From: Octopus sinensis
Taxonomy: Eukaryota
Direction: 5' to 3'
DNA: 64,000 nucleotides
Assembly (NCBI RefSeq): GCF_006345805.1
Contig: NC_043022.1
Location: 8,680,001-8,744,000, forward strand
Shown here: positions 38,650 to 52,963 of the stretch, piece after piece
How the letters are laid out: each line of letters starts with the position of its first letter
Position numbering within the stretch: position 1 is the stretch's first letter
Made by a program: the position numbers and the translations under genes
Notes under the pieces: generated by a model
What the model was told of the DNA's origin: nothing
What the model saw: the letters and a program-made list of their open reading frames with translations, nothing else
Database searches by the model: none

Positions 38650-39530
38650 TACTATTACAATTTTGATATGTCTTATTTTTAATTTTACTAACAATCTATC
38701 TTTTGTAGATTGTTGGTATTCTGAACCTAACTATTTTTATGTCATTCTAACTTTTTTTGTAGAATTCTGGCTCTACAGATCCATAACTTTGTCTATTAAC
38801 TGTTTGTTCGATTTTTCAAGATTGGTGGACCTTAATTCATCTTCAGTCCTTGCATTTCCTTCATTATTTTTCTAAGGAAGGACTTCATTGTTACTTAGAA
38901 GAAGATATTTCTCTTCACCTGATTTTATTGTTTTATACTAAATCTTTTTTTCTGTGCCTTTTTCCTTTATGTTGTTGCATCTATAATTATTTCTTCCTGG
39001 TTATATGATGAAGGTATGATTTTGCAGATTGGTATAGTCAGGGGTTTAGGTATTTACTTATCTACTTGTGATAATGAGCCCAGAGATATTTCATTTGCTA
39101 TCCCCAGAACTGGTCTTCTGGAAACTTAGATTTATTATTCTTTTTGTTATTACCTTTGAGTTTCATTATTTTTCTTTTCTTTGTTTTTGATTAATCTACC
39201 CAGTTCTTTAGGAAATTCAGCTCTATTGTGTGTTTTGCTCCAACAAATATAACAACTGAGTTTTCTACTCTTTACCAACAATCTCATACACTTTGTCTTG
39301 GTTTTTTCTACTAAACACACTTCTAGTATGGTTCTGTATCTTTTGGGCTTCATTAGAACTTGCAAGTCCATTTTGATCCTCCTTGTCAACAGGTGACCTT
39401 TTGTGAAGCTTGTTTTGACCACTCTACTATACTGTGACACAAAAGTCACTTCTAGCCATGGGTTCACATTGTGTCCAGTATCTCCTTTTGTGACTCTTGT
39501 GTTTCTTAAACCCATGTACTAGGACATAGA
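38650..39530 (-). mobile_element. Degraded retroelement gag/ORF1-like remnant
   Basis: ORF 39150-39515 contains CYICWSKTHNRAEF (39213-39254), a CX2CX4HX4C knuckle with the last Cys TGT>TTT; purine-rich coding-like sequence continues downstream. Lower boundary is a guess. Confidence 0.4.
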
Positions 39531-40251
39531 TGTATAGTCAGAGGTATGTCAGACAATTTCAAACTATGTTTGAGTTGCACTTCCAGTTTTAAAGGCACAG
39601 CAAATAGTGCCATTGCTTTTTCCTTTTGCAATTGAGACAGCTTGTTGTTAAACAAATCAATATGAGGGGAAATTAATGACTGTCATTGGTATTGTGGGCA
39701 ACCCCACCTTAGGCAATTAGTTCCTTCTACAAGCACTCCAAAGAAAATTTCATTCGGATACTTGAAATATAACGTGTTTTGAAGGGAGAATCAAAGCGAC
39801 ATCTTCACACTACTAAAGTTAGTGATGATGATGGTGATAACAATGATTATGATGATGATGTAAAACAATCCATGTTATCCAGAGAGAAAATTACTATGTA
39901 TGATTCAATTAAGATAGTAGACGAAAAAAAAAGGTGAGTTGTTTTAGTTTAGTTTACAAAATAGTTTTTGTTGGATTAAGTTTTTGCTGTTTCTGTTTTT
40001 CTCCTAACTTCATTCTGTCTATTTAAGTACAAGGTATAAAAAAAATCCTTACATGTTTGGTTCTTAAAAGGATTGCTGCCTTTAACATGTGTATAGTTAC
40101 ATATCCCCTCCTACTTCAACATGCCATTTATATCATCATCATCATCATCATATTATATTACAGACTATACAGTGAGATTCTGTAATTATTTGTACATAGC
40201 TCTTCTTAACATTGCTGTTGGATTCCAAAAATGCTTAATAATAATAACAGC

Positions 40252-40282
<31 letters not shown>

Positions 40283-40958
40283 ATTAGAATAACAACGAAT
40301 GTAGAATGTTTTGATGAAACCAGTGTGAATGTTTAATGCATATTTTACTTTTGAAATGCATCCCTTTTCCACCCGGGTGCCATTTATTTGTTTTGTATTT
40401 GGATGAGGGTTATTTTTGTTGTTTACTTTTGTTATTTTTTTTTTTGCACACTTTTAAGAATACTTCTAATTTCTTTTATTCATTTTCTACTTTATTATAT
40501 CTGCATTAGTTAGCTTAGCTATTAACCTGAGTAGCTTGTAATAATTAATTTTTTTTCTCTTTTAAATCTTAAAGTAAAAAAAAATATTGGAAGATGACAG
40601 AAAAAACAAACAAAGGTTGACTTTTCTTGTTATTATTTCATACATTTTTTATTAATTTCTTTCTTTTGCTTTTTGCATTTTAAACATTGTTTTTTGTCGT
40701 CCCTTATATTTTATCCATTTTTATTAAATAAATGATTAAAGGAAAGTAAAAAAAATTATGTTAAACTTTTATTAGCAATTAACCAATATATATAGCATGT
40801 AACACAGGTGATGGTGACAGGTAAAACAAATTCATTAGCAGTACTTAATTGAATTCTTAGATCTTTTTCTCCAATGTTAAGCACTTTATCATGTTTGCCT
40901 TTGGTCTATTTTTCTTTTGTATTTATAATTATTTTTTACATTTAACTATTGTTTTCAT

Positions 40959-41000
<42 letters not shown>

Positions 41001-41428
41001 GGGAAATGATTTCTATTATCATTGCATATGCAGATTTAGGGTTTGTTATTTTAATGGCAGTTCACATTTTGAACTTAGATAAAAATAACCAAAAACAAGG
41101 TAGAGAAAATAAATGCGGTAAAAGAAATAATTAGCAAAAAAAAAAAATGCATAAAAAATCTTAAATTAAATAGAAATCACTGGTTCTTATCTCATTGATT
41201 ATGGAAATTCAATCTTTTTAGGTAACAGTTAAGATTCACTTTCATGTATAAGCACAGGCATAGCTGTGTGGATAAGAAATTTGCTTTAGAATCATATGGT
41301 TTTGAGTTCAGTCCTAGTGTACAGCACCTTGAGCAAGTATCTCCTACTATAGCCCCAGACCCACCAATGTGTTGTGAATTTGATAGACAGAAACTGGGTG
41401 AAAGCCTTTCGTATATATATGTATATAA

Positions 41429-41497
<69 letters not shown>

Positions 41498-41498
<1 letters not shown>

Positions 41499-42687
41499 CA
41501 TCATCATCATCGCTTAACGTCCGCTTTCCATGCTAGCATGGGTTGGATGATTTGACTGAGGACTGGCGAACCAGATGGCTTCACAAGGCTCCAATCTTAA
41601 TCTGGCAGTATTTCTACAGCTGGATGCCCTTCCACACACCAACCACTCCGTGAGTGTAGTGGGTGCTTTTACATGCCACCAACATGAGAGCCAGTCAGGT
41701 GGGACTGGCAATGGCTACACTCAAATGGTGTTTTTTTATGTGCCACCTGCACAGGAGCCAGTCCAGTGGCATTGGCAACAACCTCACTCAAAAGTTTTTC
41801 AGGTGCCACCGGCACAAGTGCCAGTAAGGCAACACTCAAATGGTGCTTTTTACGTGCCACTGGCATGAAAGCCAGTTAGCCACTCAGGCAATGATCACGC
41901 TCAGATGGTGCTCTTAGCGCTCCACTAGCACAGATGCCAGTCATCGAATTTGATTTCGATTTCACTTGCCTCAACAGGTCTTCGTAAGCAGAGTTTAGTG
42001 TCCAATGAAGGAAAGGTACGTATAAGTGGGCTGGTTACACCCCTGGCATAGGTCATGAGGTTATGGTCTCATTTGGCTTGCTGGGTCTTCTCAAGCACAG
42101 CATATTTCCAAAAGTCTGTCACTAAACATTGCCTCGGTGAGACCTAATGTTTGAAGCTCGTGTTTCACCACTTCATCCCAGGTCTTCCTGGGTCTACCTC
42201 TTCCACAGGTTCCCTCAACCGCTAGGGTGTGGCACTTTTTCACACAGCTATCTTCATCCATTCTCACCACATGACCATACCAGCGCAGTTGTCTCTCTTG
42301 CACACCACAACTGATGCTTCTTAGGTCCAGCTTTTCTCTCAAGGTACTTACACTCTGTTGAGTATGAACAGTGACATTATACATCCATCGGATCACAATG
42401 GCTTCATTCCTTGTGAGCTTACACATATCCTCAGCAATCACGGCCCATTTTTCACTGCCATGTAGCATGGCTGTTCGTACACATGCATCATACAGTCTAC
42501 CTTTTACTCTGAGCAAGAGGCCCTTTGTCACCAGCAGAGGTAAGAGCTCTCTGAACTTTGCCCAGGTTATTCTTATTCTAGCAGCTACACTTTCAGTGCA
42601 CCCTCCCCCGCTACTGACGTGGTCACCTAGGTAACGGAAGCTATCAACTACTTCTAGTTTTTCTCCTTGGAATGTGGCAGAAGTTGT

Positions 42688-42690
<3 letters not shown>
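41498..42690 (-). mobile_element. RTE LINE, 5'-truncated copy (ORF2 C-terminus, repeat-rich 3'UTR, (GAT)n tail)
   Basis: Minus translation GEKLEVVDSFRYLGDHVSSGGGC..ARIRITWAKFRELLPLL..KGRLYDACVRTAMLHGSE..LRWYGHVVRM..GRGRPRKTW; tail appears as CATCATCATCAT at about 41498. Confidence 0.92.
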
Positions 42691-42723
<33 letters not shown>

Positions 42724-43134
42724 AACAGTTGTGTCTGGGGAGAGTCACTCTCTTCTGATGCCCTACAACTCAACACACTCACCAGTAAAACTTCTACCTA
42801 TTTCTCCCCTATTCCTCCAAAATTCCTACTGCATCCTGCAACATTTTCAATAGTTTTGAGAGTCAAAACAATTGAAAAGGTTGCAAGACGCAACAAAAAC
42901 TTTAGAAAAATAAAAAAGAAATAAGTGGAAACTCCACCGGTGAGCGTGTTAAACCACGAGGCACCAAAAGAGAATGACTCTCCCCAGACACAACAGTATA
43001 TGCTTCAGCACACCAACTCACATAAAGACTCTTGCAAACCAAATCCAAAAACGAAATATATTGGGTAGTCTGGAAAGTTTGTGCCGATTTTTAAAGTCTA
43101 AATTCAATTCATCTGGCACTGCATTAATTACTAT

Positions 43135-43539
43135 GACAAGGCTTCCAGTTGATCTGGTCATGACGAGGATTCCAGTTGATCTGATCATAACAAGAGTTCC
43201 AGTTGGTCTGGTCATAACAAGGGTTTCAGTTGATCTGATCATAACAAGAGTTCCAGTTGATCTGATCATAATAAAGGTTCCAGTTGGTCTGGTCAAGACA
43301 AGGGTTCCATTTGGTCTGGTCAAGACAAGGGTTCCATTTGGTCTGGTCAAAACAAAGGTTCCTGTTGATCTGATCATAACAATGGCTCCAGTTGATCTGA
43401 TCATAACAATGGCTCCAGTTGATCTGATCATAACAATGACTCCAGTTGATCTGATCATGACAAGGGTTCCAGTTAACCTGACCACAACAATGGCTCCAGT
43501 TGATCTGACCATGACAAGGATTCCAGTTGATCCAATCAA
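43135..43539. repeat. Minisatellite, 15 x 27 bp, no indels
   Basis: Unit (G/A)ACAAGGGTTCCAGTTGATCTGATCAT; first unit 43135, fifteenth unit 43513 (= 43135 + 14 x 27). Confidence 0.95.
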
Positions 43540-43795
43540 CAGAACAGGCTGCTTGTGATATTAAAATAAAAGTGGTTAAACACTCCACAGACGTGCATAT
43601 CCTTCATGTAGTTCTTAAGGAGACTCAGTATGACACTGAATGTGACAAGGCTGGCCTTTTGAATTATACATACAACTCACTTTTGCCAGCTGAGCAGACT
43701 GGAGCAATGTGAAATAAAGTGTCTTGTTCAAGAACACAACTTGCCATCAGGAATCAGGATCATGAGTTAAATACTCTAACCACTGAAATATGCAG
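43540..43795 (-). mobile_element. tRNA-headed SINE family C whose 3' end is expanded into the 27-bp array
   Basis: Shares GGTTCCAGTTGATCCAATCAA..GCCTGCT..CACTCCACAGAC with 30922-31060 and TTGTTCAAGAACACAAC with other family C-like copies (9296-9560, 52230-52500, 55982-56330). Confidence 0.75.
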
Positions 43796-43830
43796 CTTCT
43801 TAATTCAATTAAAATTGTAGCTGTGATATA

Positions 43831-44211
43831 AGTGCCGGTGGCACGTAAGAGAACCATCTGAACGTGGCCGTTGCCAGTGCCACCCCGACTGGCCTCTGTG
43901 CCGGTGGCACGTAAAATGCACCATCCGATTGTGGCCATTGCCAGCCTCGTCTGGCGACCGTGCCGGTGGCATGTATAAAGCACCATCCGATCGTGGCCGT
44001 TTGCCAGCCTCGTCTGGCACCTGTGCAGGTGGCACGTAAAAGGCACCCACTACACTCACGGAGTGGTTGGCGTTAGGAAGGGCATCCAGCTGTAGAAACA
44101 CTGCCAGATCAGGCTGGGCCTGGTGCAGCCTTCTGACTTCCCAGATCATGGTCGAACCATCCAACCCATGCTAGCATGGAAAACGGATGTTAAACGATGA
44201 TGATGATGATG
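43831..44211 (+). mobile_element. RTE LINE 3'UTR fragment with (GAT)n tail
   Basis: Same 3'UTR as 41498-41950 in opposite orientation: GTGCCGGTGGCACGTAAA subrepeats, GGCGTTAGGAAGGGCATCCAGC, ends TAAACGATGATGATGATGATG. Confidence 0.85.
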
Positions 44212-45139
44212 AAGTTAAGACACTCAGAAAAGGCACCCACCTAAAGATGGCAGCAATCTCCAATGCAAGCCCAAATGGTGGCCTTATAGAGATACAAAAT
44301 ACTCTGAAGCATAAGAAATTTTATGAGTGCAGAAGAGAAATCCAAACTTCTTGGCAGCCAACATTGAACAGATTGATGCAAAACAACGATAAGAATGATA
44401 ACAGACTTTATTATCCCCAAGAATCTGGAACAAGATGAAAAAATGTTGTATTCTTGCTACCAAGTTCTTATGTCTGTATATATAAATCTTTAGTGAATTT
44501 ATGATGCCTCAATATATTAATGGTAGAGTTAGTGGTAGACAGTCTTTATTTGGAATGATTTCCATGTATTGATTTTTTTTCTTCTTTTTGAAGAGTGTAT
44601 TTGAATTGTTTGTTCTGCGTTTGTCAAATTTCACAAGTGTTACAAATTTTTTAATGTTTTTTTTAACCCCCCCCCCTCGAACAAATCCCCCACACAGAAT
44701 TTACTTACTACAAAGGATATTTTGAAGAAGTATTTTATTGTTGCAAAAGTTCTTCTGACTTTAAAAAAAAAAATTGTTATATAAATATGTGTGTGTGTGT
44801 TTCCTTTTGTTTTCATTCTTGTCATAGATTGAACAGTTAGAAAGCTGACATCTGCAGCTGTTATATTTATATTCAAGTCATCAATCTATCTATCTTTGTG
44901 TCAGTCTCAGAAGGCAATTATTCTTAAAAGTACCATTTGTAGGTTTGGAACTTATCATCAGATGAATGACAAATTAGCTGCGGCCTAGAAATTTAGCATT
45001 ATCGATAATATTTGAAGTGTAGAGAGAGAAAGGCAAAGTTAAAAAACAGAATAGAACAAAACGTTTGAAAATTGTATTTGTTTTTGAAAATTATGTAATT
45101 TTTAAACTTCATTATTTGTATACGTGAAACACTCATTAT

Positions 45140-45193
<54 letters not shown>

Positions 45194-45326
45194 ATATATG
45201 TATGTATATGTATGTATATGTATGTATATATGTATGTATATATATGTATATATATATGTATATATATGTATATATATATGTATATATATATATGTATATG
45301 TATGTATATGTATATGTATGTATATA

Positions 45327-45375
<49 letters not shown>

Positions 45376-46164
45376 CTATATATCTATATATATCTATATA
45401 TATATATATATATAGACAGGTAGAGAGAAGAATTATTCAATACTGTAATGTATTAACTGCAACAGGACATGTGTGTGTGTGTCTGTCTGTCTATGTATTG
45501 TATGTATGTATGGATGGACGGATGGATGGTTATACAGACTCCGAAGAGGCTGGTGTTGGTTTGCATCAGCAAGACTTATTATGTTATATTGTAAAATCAA
45601 TCGAAAGAGTAGAGTGAACTTAGTGTCACGAGTGGAAAATTCAGTTTCTGGACAGAGGTCTTCTTCAGGGAAATGTTGAAAGAAGTGAGATTAATGAGAG
45701 ACAGCAGAAAGACTCAGTCCAAGAACATTGAATTTTCCACTCTCCATGATACTGTTCACTTTTTATCAGTTTTACTATATGTAAGTATATGTGTGTTTGC
45801 ATGTGTCTGTCATTAACATCAGCATCAACATCATAACGTCCACTTTTCTGTTCTTATTGGGAGGGGTTGGGCAGGATTTGTTGAGGCAGATTTTCTACAG
45901 CCAGATGACCTTTTTGTCACCAACCCTCAGCCTTTTGCAAGCAAGCTAATATTTCCTCATGGCTGGACATGTTATTATCACAGACGTTTCAAAAAGAAAG
46001 ACACCACTTGTATACTGGTGACACTCATTTAAAACAATCATGCGATGTTAAGTCGGGAGACACTAATTCACACACATACATGTTTACACACATATCCAAC
46101 AGGCTTCTTTCAGTTTCCAACTTCAAAATCTACCCACAAGGCTTTGGTCATCCTGTCACTATAC

Positions 46165-46512
46165 TCTTACTCTTTTACTTGTTTCAGTTATTTGACTGCA
46201 GCCATGCTGGAGCACCGCCTTTAGTCAAGCAAATCGACCCCTGGACTTATTCTTTGTAAGCCTAGTACTTATTCTATCGGTTGTCAAGCGATGTTGGGGG
46301 GACAAACACAGATACACAAACACACAACACACACATATATATATATATATATACGACAGGCTTCTTTCAGTTTCCATTTACCAAATCCATTCACAAGGCT
46401 TTGGTCGGCCCAAGGCTATAGTAGAAGACACTTGCCCAAGGTGTCACGCCGTGGGAGTGAACCCAGAACCATGTGGTTGGTAAGCAAGCTACTTAACACA
46501 CAGCCACTCCTG
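46165..46512 (-). mobile_element. SINE family A, near full length with internal deletion; flanked by further family A head fragments (46095-46165, 46515-46610)
   Basis: Near-identical to 11396-11809 (CTCTTTTACTTGTTTCAG..ACACAGCCACTCC). Confidence 0.85.
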
Positions 46513-47487
46513 TATAGTAGAAATTACTTGCTCAAAGTGCCATGCAGTGGGACTGAACCCCAAACTATGTAGTTGGGAAGTAAGCTTACCATCTACACAG
46601 CATCATCTGTACCTACACAGCTATACCTTTATTTGTGTATGAATGAATGAATCAATCTCTCTTTCTATCTATCTATCTAACTTTATGTGTGTATATTATT
46701 TCTAACTGATTACCCACAACATGGATGAACCAACAACCTCAAGTTCCTTTTTGAATTTTCATCAGCAACCAGATATTCATGTTTTGTGCTTGACAGAAGT
46801 TCTAATGGGAACTTGAAACAGTTAATTCAGTTACAGAGAAAGAGCTAGTATATAGATATATAAAAAAAAGTTAAGCTTTATATTACAACATGTATTGAGT
46901 ACTTATTGAATAGTTTTCTTATAAGTCATTCAACAAAGATTATTATAACTTGTACGTAGGTGTGTGTGTGTGTGTGTGAAAAACTAGCTAAGATTAAGAT
47001 TAAAGACACAGAAAAATATAGATTTATTGTACATTACATCAAATACATATACAGACACACACAAACACATATACATGTAAATATATGTATGTATTTACAT
47101 ACATATATATATTATTATATTGATAACATTTGGTGGCTGTTAATGAGCATCACTGTCATGCAACTGATGTTATTTGCTTCCACTCATCTATGATAAGTAT
47201 GTCTGGGCATGGGTATTTATTATCTTGCTTGGAAATGGGTGAGGGAATGGTATCTGGTCACAGAAAATCTGCCTTGATAAATTCTGTCTAACCCATGCAA
47301 GCATGGAGAAGTGTGTTTGTTACATGATGATGATGATGATGTACACACACACACACACACACAAACATATATATTCTCTCTTGGCTTGAATTTGTAATTC
47401 TCCAAGTCTCTTGTTTAAGATATATGATATCAACAGTCAGTTCACAACAGAAAGAAAAAAAATTGTAAGTTATTGTGTGTGTGTGTG

Positions 47488-47533
<46 letters not shown>

Positions 47534-47542
47534 ATATGTATG

Positions 47543-47598
<56 letters not shown>

Positions 47599-47616
47599 TG
47601 CATGTATGTATGTATG

Positions 47617-47660
<44 letters not shown>

Positions 47661-47855
47661 ATATATTATATATATATGCATACACATATTCAGTATATGC
47701 GTGTGTGTATATATATATATATATATTATAGATATATATATATATATGTATATATATAATATATATATATATAATATATATATATATTATATATATATAT
47801 ATATATAATATATATATATATATATACACACACATATTCAGTATATATGTGTGTG

Positions 47856-47894
<39 letters not shown>

Positions 47895-48706
47895 GCACAT
47901 ATTCAGTATATGTGTGTGTAGAGAGAGGGGGGAGGGAGGGAAGGAAGGAGGGAGAGGTGTGAAGCTATAAAGGTAAACTAGAAAGATATGAATACTGCCA
48001 AAATGTCAGCAAATCACTTACAGCTTGTCTGTGAAATACTTTACATAACTGTTCAAAGATCAAAATTACTTATCAAAATCATCACCATCATTGTTTAACG
48101 TCCATGCTCCATGCAGGCATGGGTTGGATGGTTTAACCGGATGTAGATAACCGGCAGCTTGTGTTCATCTCAGTTGCCTGCTTTGGCAAGGTTTCCATGG
48201 CTAGTTGCCCTTCCTAATGTCAATCACTTAAATGGTATGTAAAATCAATTAACAGAAATCTTTGTGCTTAGCAATTTTGCAGAGGCTTCAATAAATTAGT
48301 AGAATCACTAGAATATAGGGTGAAATGTTTCACAGCATATGTTCTGGGTTGTGTTCTGAGTTCAAATCCTGTTGATGTATGTTACCTTTTATCCTTTTGG
48401 AGACAAGTTGATAAATAAAGTACCAATTTAGGTAGACTGGTAAACTTGATAGAGCACTTAACAGGACACCCAGTGCTACTTGTTCCAGTTCATTGTATTC
48501 TCTTTCATCATCATTCTAACGTCCACTTTTCTATGCTCTCATGGGCCAGAGGAAATTTGCTAAGGCAGATTTTCTCATTTCTGAGTGAATATATTTATTC
48601 AACTACTTACATACTAAAGAGGACAAGTGGATTGTATTACAAAGTTGAGTTCACTAGAGTAGCACTCTTATTCTATGAATATGTTACACTACAAATATAT
48701 ATATAC

Positions 48707-48812
<106 letters not shown>

Positions 48813-49881
48813 TGTGTGTGTGTGTGTATATATATGCACGCACGCAAACACACATACACACACACTTCTTTCAGTTTCTGCCTAAAGAGTCTAATCACAA
48901 GGCTTTCTTTGACTTAGGATCATAGTAGAGAAATTTCTCAAGATGCAATACAGTGGAATTGAGCTCAAGGCTACATAGTTGGGAAGCAAGCTTCTTTATC
49001 ACATAGTCATGTTTGCCCCAGTCTCAATTTGAATCCTACATGGGTGGTCACTAATCCTAATCCAGTGCTCACTATAACACTACCACCTGGTCTTTGAGTG
49101 CCTTTAACACTGGTGTCCACTCTCTTGTAAGTATTGTGGCCTGGTCTCAAATTTCAGTGTAACTTCTTCCCTCTCTCTCTTTACCTGTCTTGGAGACAGT
49201 GCAAAGTGTCATAGGCATTTCCCTCCCCTCTGACTTTGGGCTTAGTTACGTATGTATGTGTGTATGTATGATTTTGACCAGCAGTGTGTTTAATGAACAC
49301 TACCCTCCTTACCAAGTGAGCTTAGCATTGCTGCTGGTTTAATCAACAATAGCATAGAGTTTAGACACTTTTCCTAGTTCAGAAAGGTATTTTGAAACGT
49401 GCCTTGAATTGAACTGTTTGGCTAATTCTCATGCAGTTTGCTTTGGATTTTCCTCAGTTACAATTATCAGAATCTCAACAGAGACAGATTTTGGTTATCC
49501 AGATTGAGGAGAGTCTGTCTGAGAAAAATTTCCCCAGAAAAAAAACGCCCCAAAATCATTCACATTTCTGAACACTTAAAGCTTCATCTCCATATACAGA
49601 ACAAATATTTCTTACTACTTCTATTGCTGAAGAGTTGCTTTTGAATTCATACAGCGTGCAGTGTCTGATATGGGTCTGATCTAAACCCATTTTAAAAGCA
49701 TAAGAAAAAAAAATTCATTGCAAATTTAACCAATTTGGAATAAAGTAATCTGCAAAGAAAGGAAAAGAACAACATTAGAATATAAAAATTAATGCTTATT
49801 TTGGTGTAAGTATTGAAAAAGTACCTCAAAGTAATCATGTCAAAAATGAGACAGGACTTTCTTTCCAACCAAAAATATGCA

Positions 49882-49921
<40 letters not shown>

Positions 49922-50191
49922 TATCATATGACGATGATATATAAACTATACAGAACAATAAGTGTAAATACTTGACATCTATCACATGTATAACTTTTTT
50001 GAGGGACAAAAGCTTAAAGTCACATATTTTTTCCTCTTACAAATTTCAACAGTAAAATAAAGTAAAAACAAAAAAAATTAATATATGTGAGTTTCCAGAA
50101 TAATGGTGACAACATTAGCCATGACCTTTCTCAGAGTATACTCCTTAAATACTTAAATATTATATTTCATTTATATGAAAAGAAGCTATAC

Positions 50192-50247
<56 letters not shown>

Positions 50248-51128
50248 GCATATGCATATATATTATAAATATGTGTGCATATATATAAATGAACATATAC
50301 ATACACAGTATATATACATAATCCACACACACACATATGTATTACAAACGCATGATATCAAAATATAAAATTAAATTTTTTCAAAATGAAAGAAACTAGC
50401 ATAACTCATTTATTTTCTCTTTTTTTCTTTTACTTTTTTCTCTTTTTGTGAAACATACACACATGCAGGCACAGTCTCTCTGTCTCTGCCCCAGCCCCTC
50501 TTTCTCCCTCTCTCACCCTCCCTTTCTCTGTTTCTCTTTTCCTCTCTGTTTATCTCACTCTGTCTCACATTCCCTCTCTCTCCGTCTCATTTACTTGCTC
50601 CAAGAAAATGTGCGTTAAAAAAAAAGTTTTCTTTAGTTTTATGACTGAGAGTTCTCAAAGAGGGGAGTGGGGGTTACGATATAAAAATACATCCTTTGAG
50701 GACTCTGTATGTTGTTATCTGTCAAGTTTCAACACTTCTGAAAGGAATCAATTGGAAGAATGCACAGGATTCTGACAAGCATGAAGGTACTTTCCATCCA
50801 CTCGACAGCTGTCACTTTACCTTTAACCGGTTTCCTCTATCTTTACCATTGCCTCTGCCCCCAACCATTCACCCACAACATCTCTCTCCCATAATGTCCA
50901 ATCCCCCAAACCCCAGCCCTCACCAGTTATGATGTTATAATAATAAAAACTTTAGATTTGGGCAATAAATCTTAGACCTATAATAGCTTCTCTTCAGTGA
51001 CATTGAAAAAGAGATAGACACACATTGGGAAAATAAGTCTCGAGATTTGTATGTTTGGATGTGTGTACATTACATACATACATATATATATATATTATAT
51101 ATATATATATATTCATACTCATACACAC

Positions 51129-51170
<42 letters not shown>

Positions 51171-51836
51171 AAAAAAAAAATATATATATATACAATATAT
51201 ATATATTTATATATAAAAAAAAAATATATATATATATACATATATATATATTATATAAAAAAAAAAATATATATATATATACATATATATATAATATATA
51301 TATACATATACATATATGTGTGTGTGTATGTGTATATACATATATAAATGCACGCATACACATATAGATCTGCATACACACACATACACTCAGACACACA
51401 TGCATATATCTATATCTTAGAGAGTAAGAGAGAGACTTCGAGAGAGGAAAATGTAAGTAGGTAGTGTAAGGGAGAGCAGATGAAGGTAGGAAGGTGGAAA
51501 GGGAAGCTGGAAAGGGGAGCTGGAAAGGAGGTTCCAGCTGGATTTTTATACAAGTTGTAGACTGAATATATTTATTTCAACATTTACGCACTTTATATAT
51601 CTGTGGTGTATAAAGATTGGAAAATACTTATTCTTCAGAAATAAATAAGAGAAAATATTTTTAGAGACATTTAAGTAAGAAATGGGAGAAAGAAAATACT
51701 GTATTTGTTGCATGTGTATATTTACTTGTGTACATATACATGTATGAGTATGTATGTTATGTATGTTTGTATGTATATATATGTATATGAATATATATGT
51801 GTGTATGTATGCAGGTATACATAATGCATGTATATA

Positions 51837-51887
<51 letters not shown>

Positions 51888-52894
51888 ATATATAGATGAA
51901 TATGTGCGTGTCTCTGAGTAAATAAATGTGTATACTTACAAACATGCACATGCACGCACACACACACACACACTTACACACTCACACACATGTATGTCTG
52001 TAAATGATGATCATCATGATTGTTTTACCATCTGCATTTCCATGCTTGCATGGATCAGATGCATTTTTATTATGTCAGAATATTTTAAGGTAAGATATCT
52101 TTCCAAACACCAACTCCCTTCACCTCTTTCCATACAAGGTAATAATTCACCAGTCTGTCAAACAATGAACACTCCAGATGCACTAATGCAGTTAATTGCC
52201 AACACATGACCCTGTTTACAGCTTGGTTGACATTCAAGGTGTATGGCCTAGTGGTTCGGGTGTTGCACTCACGATCACAAGATCACGGTTTCAGTTACCA
52301 CTCCAGGTGGTGCACTGTGTTCTTAAGCAAAACACTTCATTTCTCATTGCTGCAAGTCCAGTCAGCTGTAAATAAATAACTCAGTGGCAGACTGGTATCC
52401 CACTCAAGGGGAATGTTGTGGTTTCGGTCAATTATACCCTATGGAAATTAAGCAATTGGCCTATGAGTATCAGGACTTGAGAGAGTAATGTCTAGGGGCT
52501 GTTGTTGTCATTGATGATGATGATGAAGGCCAAGAAGAAGGAGAAGTCATATTACTACCTTTAGTTTGGATGCTTGCAGTCTGTTATTATAATCATCATC
52601 TATGTCCACTTTTCCGTACTTTCATGGGTCAAATGAAACTCTTTGCGGTAGATTTTTCTGTGACAGGATGTTTTACCTCTAGCCAGCCCTAACCTGTTCC
52701 CAAGCAAGATAATGTTCCTCTAGTCTTTCAAACATGAACAGCTTAACAGTTGGACATGTTTTGACGGAAGATTGCAGAGAAATAGTAATGTATTTTATTT
52801 TTTTGTTTTGTTTTTGTATGAACAGGAAATTTGATTACAAACAGCTCACACATATCAAGACAAGGAGACCAGAACTTAGTCAGAAAATCATACA

Positions 52895-52963
<69 letters not shown>

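Noticed and set aside
43135-43539. CRISPR-like or repeat-protein interpretation of the 27-bp array (ORFs 42974-43558 and 43018-43539)
   Set aside because: No unique spacers, eukaryotic context, and the unit derives from the adjoining SINE end; the ORFs follow from a stop-free 27-nt unit.
44187-44438. 83-aa ORF with MAAISNASPNGG.. after an RTE tail
   Set aside because: No recognisable homology or splice sites, and it cannot be the next FoxJ exon, which must begin GSYW.
45845-45885. TCT TAT TGG (SYW) as candidate next FoxJ exon
   Set aside because: Preceded by TGT rather than AG|GGN, lies in an RTE 3'UTR-like remnant and runs into a stop.
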